A stretch of DNA of 51,051 nt. Origin: Amoeboaphelidium protococcarum X5 (taxonomy: Eukaryota; Fungi; Aphelidiomycota). The stretch lies in the NCBI GenBank assembly GCA_023515725.1, contig JALDTO010000182.1:1-51051 (forward strand). Direction: 5' to 3'. This document shows, one piece after another, positions 28,035-39,455 of the stretch (position 1 is the stretch's first letter; each line of letters begins with the position of its first letter). A program made the translations under genes and the position numbers. Under the pieces are notes generated by a model that saw only the letters and a list, made by a program, of their open reading frames with translations, did not search any database and was not told the origin of the DNA.

Positions 28035-29168
28035 TCATTTCTGTAAAGGATTACTGGTGAAGAATAACATCTTCTCTCTAAAGTTCAGAACATCGCCAGC
28101 ATCAACGGCGGAGTTTTACTTCTGCTTCATATTGAAACGAATCGTTTGACTCTTGTTAGCATTCTCAATCATCAACTAGATCCACAGCTGCTTCTTACCA
28201 GCCTAACGCTAATCATACGGCATCGCCAGAGCCTTGGCAATTTCAGCCTTTGCTCTCTGAGCTATTTCTTTTAGACGCGCAATCTCATCCTGCTCAATTT
28301 ACAGCTGCTTCTGCAACGACAACAGCTCAAACTCTCTCTCAATCCTCGTCTACTATTTCATATTTTGGGATGAGGTATTAGCTTGAGAAGACGGCGTCTA
28401 CTTTTGCTTCTTAATACGTATAGTGCCAGCGATCACTTCTGTAGCTGAGGCCATTGCTTTCTCGAGAGCCGCGTCATCCTATTTAGAATGCTCAAAGTTT
28501 TACTTCATCTCAGTAAGGTGCTCCTCAAGCCCGGCTCTAACTCTCGCTTGCTCTTCCAAGTCTTGCTTCAATTAATCAATCTTTTCTAGAATTTACTTTT
28601 ATCTCGTCAGTTGGTCCGATTAATCCAACTCCAAATCCTAAATAACTTATTTAATGGCATCGACTGCCTGGGAAGACTGTTCAATATCATTCTAGAGTTG
28701 TAAGACTTCATCAGTAGGATCACTACTTGCACTATTCTTCTCCTTCATCATCTGCTGTTTAAACTTGGCAAGTTCATCCTTCTTCAATCTCAAAGTCTTT
28801 TGCTTAGACTGAATTACGCTGGTAGCAGATTCGATGTGTTATTAAACTTGTTTCAACTACTCTTTAGGCTTGTTGTCACGAGGATCATCAAGCAAGTTTC
28901 GCTTATTCAAGTGGTCAATAAAGTATCGACCAACAGCTTCATCGTACGTAATCTCCCATCCATAAGGTACTTCGTCTCCCTTACACTCCTGCCAGGTCTT
29001 TGGCTTCCAGAGTGCATCTCTCGGATCGACCCAAGATGTCTCCTTAGTCACATCATTAATAAAATAAGCTTTCTAATTATGAGCTGAACTCACAGCTTTA
29101 CGCCACCCGGCAGGCAGAGGATAATCATCGCTCTTGGTCTTTTATTGCTCCATCTACTTTTCAGGCAT
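28035..29168 (-). CDS. Compact KIBRA/WWC-like protein (tandem WW + coiled coils + FREKMxFFT tail), 377 aa
   Basis: PLPAGWRKA...TSWVDPRDALWKPKTWQECKGDEVPYGWEITYDEAVGRYFIDH...DDPR, followed by coiled coil, TRIEREFEL...DEIARLKEI and C-terminal NFREKMLFFT. These match KIBRA signatures as recalled. Confidence 0.85.
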
Positions 29169-29334
29169 TAAAACTTCAAAGCAGATGAATTTTAAGTACA
29201 ATTTCTAATTTTGATTATAGAGCGATGTTAATTGTTTCAACCCCTTTATCTAGTAAACAGAAATAAAAAGATTGTTAAATCAGAATATTGATATGGTATT
29301 ACAAAACTAACCCACTCTTGTATTGTACCGAAAT

Positions 29335-30783
29335 TCAGTTCTATTTCTTTTTCAACTGCAGGCATTTTTGAATATGTTTCCACCATACAGTCAGATCATT
29401 TGGGTCCTTGTTGTTGTAGTAGCTCTCAACCAGCACCCAATTGTGGCAACATGGACACATGCCTTCTTTACGACCATCTTTTGTTGAAAGTCGCGTCTCT
29501 TCAGGCTTTGGCATTTGTGATTTAGATGACGAGCTCACTCCATGAGTCCAGTGCATGTGCTACCAATATGAACTAACTTTGATCTTGTGCCAATGTGGCT
29601 ACTCGCACAAAAGACAGAGCCCTTCACGCAACGCTCCATGGTCCCTGACAAATCTAGGAGAGTATAAATCACTAGCATCCCTGGCCTCCTACAACGCAAT
29701 TCCTGGAATTCCAACCACCTCCTTATGGAGAATGTCAAGAGGCAATTTTCTCTCCACAGGGAGATTATACAAGATCTTGTCAAACTGTTCTTTGGTTACA
29801 ATATCCACAGACACTCTGGCGGTGTTTCTTGAGCGGGTGTGCGCGTATTTAGACACAACTCTACTATCCTGTAGCTCTTAACAAGACTCAAATGGGAAGG
29901 CTTGACTGAGTGACGGCAGTTATAAATCATCCTAAAATTGACTTTTGATAGGAGATGGCAACGACGCGGCAAACACCAAAGATTGCATGGAATCAGAGAA
30001 GCCCAATCGCTTTGATCTCAAATCGGATAGCATAAGATTTTCAGCTCCATTATAGGAAGCCTGAGCTTAATCAGCAGAAAACGACTATCTCACTCTGAAC
30101 GGAGTTTATTGTGGTTGTTGTTGCGGATACGGAAGAATCAAATCATGCTTGGACGATGCCCGCTTTCTTCTCCTTCGCTACGGCCCGCCCGTGGTAATTG
30201 GTTCAACTTCGTTAAGCTACGTGGTAGAAGTTGAAAACTGTAGAAGCATTGACGCCGCATAAGAGTCTTTTGACGAAGCTGCCGATAGAGGAGCATCTCT
30301 CTCACTCAGGCGTCTGGGTAAATTGCTTTGATTCTCGACCACCATGTAAACTTCATCTCCAAGACCATCTCCGCCAGCATCACCAACAACACTATTCCCA
30401 CTATAGCTCATGGCATTACCATCATACGGGACCGCCTAGTATTATGTTTCATACTTGGGTCCTTTCCCTGGAGACGGCAATGATCTGGTCTGAAACAGAG
30501 GCGCTTTCTTTCGCAGAGGCTCAAACGGCTACTGATTAACCGGCGGCATGATCGAGTTACTCTGAATCTTATTCTAAATTGCCTCAATAGTCTACTCCCT
30601 GGGGGACTTTCCAATAGCATTGTAAATCTACACTCCTGTCGCAGTCTGATGTCCAGTAATCTTCTAATTGCTATTCGGATTAGTGGCATATTCTGAGCCT
30701 TGTTGAGACAGACGACGATGTCCATCATTAGTGTTGTTATACCGACCACCTGCACTCTGATACAAATCTTCTTGTCTTTACAT
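29335..30783 (-). CDS. Rua1_C/DUF4451-domain putative transcription regulator, ~482 aa
   Basis: Long low-complexity N-terminus. C-terminal domain LYTPRFVR...REGLCLLC...SSYW[TAG]HMHWTHGVS...EGMCPCC...WWKHIQKC. Single frame from ATG 30783 to TGA 29335. Confidence 0.8.
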
Positions 30784-31167
30784 CTTTGATACAAATAATA
30801 AAATAGCTGTACTCGTTAGAGAGTATATGCCTCTGATATGCGATAGAATTCAAACAAACTGGGGCATAAAAGAAATGATCAATTTATTTATAGCCATCAT
30901 GTCGTCAGTGTTGCCACTGCGTTGTCTGATGATCAGTGTGTTGGCAACTAAAGTGCGACCTGCAGTTTGATCTCTGCCTCTTGCAAAGCTGGTTTCACTT
31001 TCGCGCGCTTGTTGAGTTGCCGGTCTTTCAAGTTTGTCGCCGTCGATCGTTCGCTGTTCCACTCATGCTGTTTCCCCTCGTTCCTGCTGCTAGACTCTTG
31101 AGTACCTCACCTTTCCATCGTAGATAACTTAAGACTTATTCGCTCCAGAAGCGACTGACGGAAAGAA

Positions 31168-32545
31168 ATGAGTTACGTAGTTATTGGAGTAGTTGCCGCG
31201 ATACTTGCGATACTTGGGCCTCAGTTGTATCACGTTCTTGATAAAGGTAGATTTCATAAAAGTCTTGGTTTTATGATAGTACTCGTTAATTTATATAACA
31301 TGAATGTAGGAAATGTGATCAATGAGCTGTCACTGGTTAATACTGAGAATTGTAGATTAAAATTTAAAGATTAGATTTAGGCTTGTGAGGACATGCAAGT
31401 AGTGCCTGCGAACGACGATTTCGTTCTACTTGCGTGCGGCAACTTGGAACAGCATAAACTATGGTGGCCACCTAGAAACAAGAGAAATGTTAATGTCACC
31501 ACGTTTGATGATATGTCTACTGACAATTTTTATCTCCTGAATGTCAAGGTAACATTTAAATTTTTATATTTTCAAGCATGAGATGTGTTGACCTTATTAA
31601 TTTGTATATGAGTAGACTGAAGTGTTGAATCAAGTAAAAGTGGTTGGTGCTCCGCATAAGTTGGTTCTACATGGTATCCATATCTTTAAATCGTAATCAG
31701 ATGGATAATTACAGGTAGCCTCGATTAACCATTAGCTGGATGGTTCGGTGATTGATGTATACAATTTGGACTTGAAGTAGGCAAAGTTGACTTTTAGATT
31801 TTCAATCCAGCATGAATTAATAACCACTCCGAATGATGTTACTTTTTTATCAACGTAATAGATATTGGTTACGAACGATCATCAGTCTGTTGATAGTTTT
31901 GGTTGGAGACTGTTTGAAGAATTTGCGTCGCGTCCCTCTGGCAATGTTGTCGCCTGCAATTGGTCTTCTGATGACGCGTCAGATCTGAGTTGTACAGTCC
32001 TGTTGGATGGGATTCCATATCCTAACGGTATTCTGGTTCATAATGATCATTTGTACATTGCATCTTCATCACTGGGCTCAGTTTCTATTCACAAACTGCA
32101 CCGCGGTAAGAAGGAGAGGCAAGTGACTGTTGAAAGTAAACCGGAAGCGGTCGTCCAAGTCGGTATGTGTCCAGATAACATCTCTGTGGATAAGAGTGGA
32201 CGTGTCCTAGTTGCTGGGCATCCTAAAATTATAAATTATATGGCACGATCTTTAGGATTGACGTTACCTGCGTGGCTGATTAGACTGCTTCAGCCTGGTT
32301 TGCGGTCGCTGCCTCATCCTGGTGCTTCATTCAAACCATGGTCGCAGGTGGTGTAGATCTTTGAGAATAAAGATGAAGACTTGTATTACAATGTCAAGTA
32401 TAAATCCTCTGTTTTATTCAGAGACGATGCTGTCGACTCTGACATTGAAGGCTCTTCGGTAGCTGTTCACTCGGATGGAAAAGTTGTTATCGGACTGTTG
32501 ACTGGCAAAGGGATTGGCATTTGTAAGAATCTTCTGAATAGTTGA
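31168..32545 (+). CDS. Paraoxonase/arylesterase-like six-bladed beta-propeller with N-terminal signal anchor
   Basis: Signal anchor, then ACED, LHGI, INH, TPNDV, VTNDH, YPNGI and PDNI motifs. Intron 31549-31615 is required by frame; an in-frame intron 31247-31309 is probable. Confidence 0.85.
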
Positions 32546-32752
32546 AAACCAATAAGTAAGACGTCAAGTAATCGAATTATAACTAATTTGTCATCTTAAT
32601 CACATTAAACAATGTAAACTGGTAAGAAGCCACCCTCTGAGTAACTTCTCCTTGTAACTTTCTTCCCCTTTTGTCATCGGCTTTTGATTTCTATTGCACA
32701 GTATTATCGCGCAAGTCTTTATAGAATTTATATCGACTCTAAATATAAAATA

Positions 32753-34501
32753 ATGCTTAGTGGAAGTAGTAGCGGTGGTGCAGGTGATTGCTCTGGATTA
32801 AATAATTCTCTGAACAAAATCAAGTAGCCTTTCAATAAGATTGGTCTGCACAGAGAACTCCCACAGCAGCGCAAGTCTCGTCTTGCGTAATCACAGCAGC
32901 AGCAGCCTGTCGCGTATTCTCCTGAATTTGATTAGGCTTGGTATCAATCTAATATTAAGCAGAGTACCGCTGAGCTTTAATAGTAGTAGTAATAATAAAT
33001 TGGGAAGCTGCAAGGTAAGCAGCCGCTGCGAAATGTTACATAGGATTGGAATTAGGAATTTGCTGGAATGAGATTTGATAATCCAGATGTTAATCTTGAA
33101 CAGTTTCGTGATTATGATTTTGCGTCTTCATCAGCACCATCTTCACTATATTAGTCAAGATCTAATGATTTTGTGGATGAGTTTAGCTCTTACCAGCTGC
33201 CGTCTGCCTAATAGCTGACCCACAAGGAGATGCAAATATCCTAGACATTAGATCGTATCTGGGATCAATCACTGGATTCAAAGAGCTTGTAATCTGGCAG
33301 TTAGAAGTAATGGACAGAACAGGAGATCAATCAGAGGTTGGATGAGATGGAGAGTACGTGGTAGGAAGCGTAAAAGATTGATCATTAGATGGAACAGTTG
33401 GAGCGTGCATGGCAAGACGTGAAGCTGTAAGATGATCAGTTCGCCGATGGTTATGATGATGAATTTGGATTCAATTAAGCTTGGGCCAATGCTAAAGGAG
33501 AAGCGTTAATGTCTCAGCCAAATTGGGATCAGGCTACAGATACCTTTGGTAGCATGGCGGACAAATATAAGGACATGGATTACGTATTTGAGTAGGATAA
33601 TCCATTCTTTACTCACTAGGATCCTTATGGAGAAGGTATGCGTTTGTAGAAGGAGGCATCTGCTTCTCTTACTACCATTGCTTTGGCGTATGAAGCCGCT
33701 GTGCAGAAGGATTTGCAAAACTCGGATGCCTGGCTCCAACTTGGCCTCGTCTAGGCTGAGAATGAGAAGGAGGATCCAGCAATTGTGGCTCTGTCGAAAG
33801 CAGTCAACGCGGATCCGGGCAATCTGTAGGCATTACTAGCACTAGCAGTTTCTTATACTAATGAAGGTTTGGATGATTAGGCGTTTGGTGTCCTCAAGTA
33901 GTGGATCAGCCACAAGTATCGCCAAGATGTACAATAGCTGGCTCCCGATTTGTTGTAGAATGACACGGCTCTGCCCATCTATGAACTGTATGATAGTTTA
34001 TCCAACGCGTACCTTAAGATTGCCAGAAAGTAGTAGAATAATGCGCTTGATCCGGAGCTTTAGATTGGTCTTGCTATTCTGTTTTATAATACTGGACAAT
34101 TTGACAAGAGTATCGATTGCTTCCGTCTGGCTTTACAACTGAGACCAGATGACTACTTGCTGTGGAATCGGTTGGGAGCCACTCTGGCCAATAGTGGAAA
34201 GTCGGAGGAGGCTATAGCTGCGTATGATCGAGCACTGGAGATTAAGCCGCAGTTTATACGTGCCAGGTACAATCTTGGTGTTAGTTGTATGAACATTGGC
34301 TGCTATAAAGAAGCTGCTGAGCATTTTCTGAGTGCTTTGAATGTCCACAACGACTACAAGAGCATCAAGCTGAGTGGAAACATGTGGGAGACATTGAGGA
34401 GAACGTTCTCCCTCATGGGCAGACACGATTTGGTACAGCTGGCTTCTGATGGAGCCGACCTGTCCCTTTTCAGGTCTGAGTTTGATTTCTAGTAATAGTG
34501 A
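32753..34501 (+). CDS. PEX5: Peroxisomal PTS1 receptor, ~582 aa
   Basis: N-terminal Cys (GDCSGLNN), WxxxF-like motifs, TPR region AWLQLGLV[TAG]AENEKE, LAVSYTNEG, LWNRLGATLANSG, RARYNLGVSCMNIG. Ends FRSEFDF-TAG-TAA-TAG-TGA. Confidence 0.97.
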
Positions 34502-34580
34502 GAGACTCATTTGAATTGAGATATCTCTGTTGAATCTTGAGCTTTGTAACATCTATATTGAGTAATTAATTTATTCTTAT

Positions 34581-35756
34581 TCATTTGAATGTTTACAGAT
34601 ATTACAGCATGTAATCGCGAGAATTAAAGCCATCAGATTTGACATTTAACTTGGCAGAATAAGATGTATTCCATAGTGGAGATATGAGGGACAGTATAAC
34701 AGCAGAATGATCTAATTCTTTGGCCGTGATGAGATTACATTTAACAGAACATTACTATAATAAGTCAGCCATTAAAACACTTTACGCAATGGGAACAGTG
34801 AAATCTTTGGCACCATGCAAGATATGAACCTCCTTTACGCGACCATCATGCAACTTCTTAATCGTCTCTTTATCGGTCAGTGACCATTTGAGCATACCTT
34901 GATCAGTAGAACCCATACTACGGCACATTCCACTTAAATTATGGACATACCGACTCTTTTCATAATCATAATGCTAGTTAATATCATAGACTCCAGCTAA
35001 TAAAATGAGATTGTGCAATTTGGGCACTCTAACTGCTGAATTCAATATTGACCATAAAGCAATATGACAACCAGCAGAGTGAGCCATCAAATCAATCTTA
35101 CAGCTACCGCCATACATTTCACGTACATAAATAATTGAATCACGTACCTGACGGACCATAGATTCTATTCTGACATTAGGATACACGTCATACTATGGAA
35201 TAATAACAGCATTGTATTGTTTCAATTCTTTGCACAGCTAAACTCCTAGCTGGAAGTATGTAGACTTGGTACCGGACGACCAAGCACCGCCATATACAAA
35301 GATCAGAACTCTACTAGGCCCATTAGATTTTTATTATTACTACGCACATTTATAAACATCCAGAAGTATATCAGTGTTATCATCACGCACTTGGTATTCT
35401 CGTATGACAACAACCCCATTCCAGTAATCAGAATAACATTTCAAGTAATCAACACACAGTCTCAGCACATTAAAGTCGCCCAACCAGAAAAGCAGCTAAT
35501 CACCTACAGCATAATAAGTCTTTGCTATAACGAGACTGAATTCATATATGGAGAGTAATAATGCGTGTAAACTCTGAGGACGATTGAATGCAGATTGGAG
35601 TAATTCAGAGTGAGGAAAGTGGTAAGTCTTTACAACAGGATCGTAAGCCTTGAGCCAATACAAAGTTGCAATAGGTGCATAAATTGGGAATATTATTAAG
35701 AGCACTGCAATCTTAATTATCCATCGCATCAAAGCCTGTATCACTTATAACATCAT
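34581..35756 (-). CDS. Alpha/beta hydrolase (prenylcysteine methylesterase / kynurenine formamidase-like), ~391 aa
   Basis: VLIFVYGGAWSSG, nucleophile elbow AHSAG, ILHGAKDFTVP, DHS. Hydrophobic N-terminus; single frame ending in TGA. Confidence 0.85.
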
Positions 35757-36010
35757 CTTTAATTGACTGAGATAAGGATAAAGGATATATCCAGAATTTT
35801 CAATTCAAATCGCTTGCTTAGTAAGTAGAAGTATAGAGTTTTCACACCGACAATTATTTGACTGCTGCAAAGGGAGGGGAGATACTGCCGTGGTTCACCG
35901 ACGCGTTGACATTCTTTAACGTCTTCGGTCAGCGGAAGATCAGTGTACTTCGCAATGGATCATATAATATTGTTGTAAAAGTGTAAAAGAATGATAGTAA
36001 TTCGAGTTCA

Positions 36011-36470
36011 TCAGTAGAATAAAGTTTATTCGTACATGATTTTAAAACCTTTATACTCGTTGGGCCTCATTGCCATCTTCCTTCCGACAATGTCAATTGG
36101 CTCTAGCATTTTCAAGGTTCAGCTTTACGCTCATCTGACATTGCGCCTCCGATAAGCTCTCTTCTCGGGGTATTAGCCACATTTCTGGACGGTAGTCTTA
36201 ATTGATCTACCCCAGCATTTCCATCTTAAGGCGCAAAGTATCTCGTGCCATCTCAAGAAAATCACCGCCTTGTCTCTTCGCGGCCAACGCAGCACCAGCG
36301 CATAACAGTCTTCGCCAATGGCATCAATGTACTTCTTGAAGAAACCATTAACGGTACTTAATATCTCTGGCACCGGATTGGGATATTCAGCCTTCAACCC
36401 AACTAGACCAAGACTTATCGATCGCAGTAATGGCAAATACTATCCAAAAAAGCAAAGGCCAATTTTGCAT
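36011..36470 (-). pseudogene. Possible decayed gene for a small secreted protein
   Basis: ATG 36470 gives signal-like MQNWPLLFWIVFAITA. Protein-like text continues only by switching frame about three times (AEYPNPVPEILSTVNGFFKKYIDAIGEDCY / AGAALAAKRQGGDFLEMARDTLRLKMEM / EPIDIVGRKMAMRPNEYKGF). Confidence 0.4.
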
Positions 36471-36947
36471 TAATTAGTTAGTTTCTTCTAAAAGACTCAG
36501 TAGGCGCAAAATAACTTTTGGTAACGAATCACATACAGCTCTGAATTTGTGCACATTGATTAGTGGGCCTATAGTGGAGTATATGTCTCAGCGGATTACT
36601 CAAAGGATTTTTAGCTTTATCACCGAGAACCGCCTTTCATAATTTCCACACATTAGAACTTAACTACAAGCAAGCTGGGTAAGAGAGTACGCATATGTCT
36701 CTCATATTAGAACTTAGTGCAGTATTCATGAGACGGAGATAGAACCAAAAGGGAGCAGCGCAGAAACTTTCGCGGTGATCTGACCGAAATGGGACTGGGA
36801 AATCAATGCGTAATCATAGCTGCTAGTGACCAACTCGCCTTAAACTTTGGTGAGGCGCAGCAAAAACATCTGTTTGATTACCCAAGCCGCGTATTTTTAG
36901 TCGCAATTGATAAAACAATACGTAACATTTTAGTAATATCGTCATAA

Positions 36948-38549
36948 ATGACTTTTGAGTTGGATCTAGGATTTTAGACTTATCCGGAGATCCATGAGCC
37001 AGCGCAGTGTAAAGTATCTGGGCATATTCCGAGCTGGTTGAAAGGTGTATTGTTCAGGTAGGGATATCATCATCGCCACACTTTACTACTAACAATAGCG
37101 ATTTGATAGTGTAGAAGCGGTCCAGGATAGTTTATCGTAAAGGATGAATCCACTGGTAAGTAAAGGCAATTTGCACACTGGTTTGATGGCTTGCAGCTGA
37201 TCCACAGGTTTGAGGTGGATGGCCATAGTGCCATGGTTAAGTACAGTAGAAGAGGAAACGCGGCAAACGTAGGCGAAACGTTTCTGAATGATCCTCAGTC
37301 GATGATCTTCTGGGGGAAGCAGCCAGCTGATCCTTGCGTCACTCTATATGGCAAGTTCTTTCAAGTATTCAAGCGTGTACTCAAGATTTCCAAGTTCCCG
37401 CCGAACATCAATGTAGTCCCTTACGCGTAAATGCCAGGTGTCACTTAGTCAGGGGATAACAAGCTGGTGATCACAACTGACGCGAACATGTATGATGTTA
37501 TGGACAAAGACACTTTGATCTCGCAGTCTGTAAAGAGCTATGCCAAAGTTCACCCTCAGTTGAATGGATAGTTTAGCGCTTCCCATGCCTGTAGCGATCC
37601 AATGACTGGCGAGTACTTTAATTTCTCACTTTCAGCTGGAGCAGTGAACAAATTGACGCCATTCTCTGTTGAAAAGAGTGGGAAAGTCCGCTTGTTTGAA
37701 ACAGTTAGTAACGTGTCTCTGTCGTACGTACACAGCTTTGCCCTTACTCAATCGTACCTGGTGATCTTGTTTCAGCCATACATCGTTAAAAATCCTATCA
37801 CTATGCTATATAGTTAAAATTTGTCTGACGAATTCTAGTGGCTACCTGAAGAAAGTGTAAAGTATTACGTGTTTGATCGTAGTACCAGCAAACTTGTGAA
37901 GACTTATCGCTCCGATCCGTATTTTGTATTTCACACGATTAACGCGTTTGATCTGGATGGAGGTGTTGTTATTGATCTATGTGGCTACCAGTCCTCTGCT
38001 GTTAATGATGATTTGACTGTGGAGAATTTATCTCGCAAAGCTGATATGAGCAGAACGGTTGCGGAGTTTTATCGTATCACTCTGCCTAATGTTGCATCTG
38101 AGAGTACTTGCGCTGTTGCTGAGGCTTCATTCAAGATCTACCCTCTGGAACACCACTTTGAACTTCCTAGAATCAATGACGCCTTCTACTAGAAATAACC
38201 ACAATACGTGTACGCAGTCGGAGGCTAGAAGAATAATGTTGAGTAGCTATTTAACTGCATAATTAAGGTTGATATTCAAAATTTGATTGCGGGAGTTAAT
38301 AATGAGATTGCCGTCTATCGCCCTGAAGGAAGAGGAGTTCCAGCAGAGCCAATCTTTATTGCTAATCCTGACGGCATCAGTGAAGATGACGGCGTAATCG
38401 TAAGTGTAATTTTGGACCATGAGAAAGCAGAAAGTTATCTCATCATTTTGGATGCGAAATCCATGACTGAAATAGCGCGTGCCTGGCTAGGGACAGTTAT
38501 GAACTACAATTTTCACGGCGTGTTTGATTCAAAGTCTTAAAATGCCTGA
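36948..38549 (+). CDS. Carotenoid cleavage oxygenase (RPE65/CCO family)
   Basis: VSGHIPSWLKGVLFRSGPG, HWFDG, four iron-ligand His contexts (SASH, YVHSF, FVFHTINAF, NFHGVF), ELPRIND, EPIFIANPDGISEDDG. Intron 37058-37114 has a TACTAAC branch site. Confidence 0.95.
37058..37114 (+). other. 57-nt spliceosomal intron
   Basis: GTAGGG donor, TACTAAC at 37087-37093, TAG acceptor. Removal restores the conserved LFRSGPG motif. Confidence 0.9.
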
Positions 38550-38621
38550 AAGAGTAAATGAAATATAGGTAAAAAAGTAATAATATGAATTAAATCACAA
38601 TCCTACAACTTTTGGGTATAA

Positions 38622-39074
38622 TCATACATGAGCTTACTTTTTGCGTAAGCATAGTCCTGCCCAACTGGATAGCTGATCTATATCTATATTGTTACTAACA
38701 GTGCCATCAATGCTCTATGCATTCACCCGATGAAGAGCTGTAAGTAACAACAAGCGAGCTTCAACAGGCTTCTCGACACTCAGACAAGATCTTAACAACG
38801 TGCCATCCAACGACCTGCTATTTTCACTATTTAAATCCATACACAGCTACGAAAAAATCTTTTTAAATGTTTCATGGGTATTATATCGTTAAATTACGTA
38901 CAGCAAAGAAAACGAGTAGTCGCCGTCAAATTTTTCAATCATAAATTATTTCAATCTCAGCGGTGATTGCAGATAACGATGCATTATGCTGCATGTTAAA
39001 CTCATTTACGCGTAATCTGCATTACTTACAGCCTGCAATGAAATCTACTGAATTATTTCTAGTGGTAACGTCAT
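38622..39074 (-). CDS. Small F-box-like protein
   Basis: AAAATG start giving MTLPLEIIQQISLQ...YAQMSLTCSIMH (F-box LPxEI...xxxC pattern). One probable short intron at about 38847-38897. The 3' part is less certain. Confidence 0.55.
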
Positions 39075-39455
39075 TTTGATAATTTTGAGGTATATACTTT
39101 TTGTGAATAAGCAAGTAGAAAAGCAGTAATGTAGATTAATTCAGTTCTACTTCGATCAGAGTCGATACTATTTTAAGCTAAATCGTTTCTATTTCTGTAC
39201 AAGGACATTTTTCGATTGGACACAATCCTTGCTCTGAGCAACGAGACGCGTCTAAAAGTGAGCTATATACTGAGTACATAGCAAAGAGAGCTCATTAAGT
39301 CAAGGTGTTAACATGCAAGATTCGAAATCCGATTTTACGAAACTCGATTTGGTGAATCAAAATCCACGCGGCGATTCATCATTTCCGCTTTGTTCTTCTT
39401 ACACGAAAGAGAGAGAAATCCCTTCTGATTGCAGTTTGTAGTGCTGTCTGTGGAA

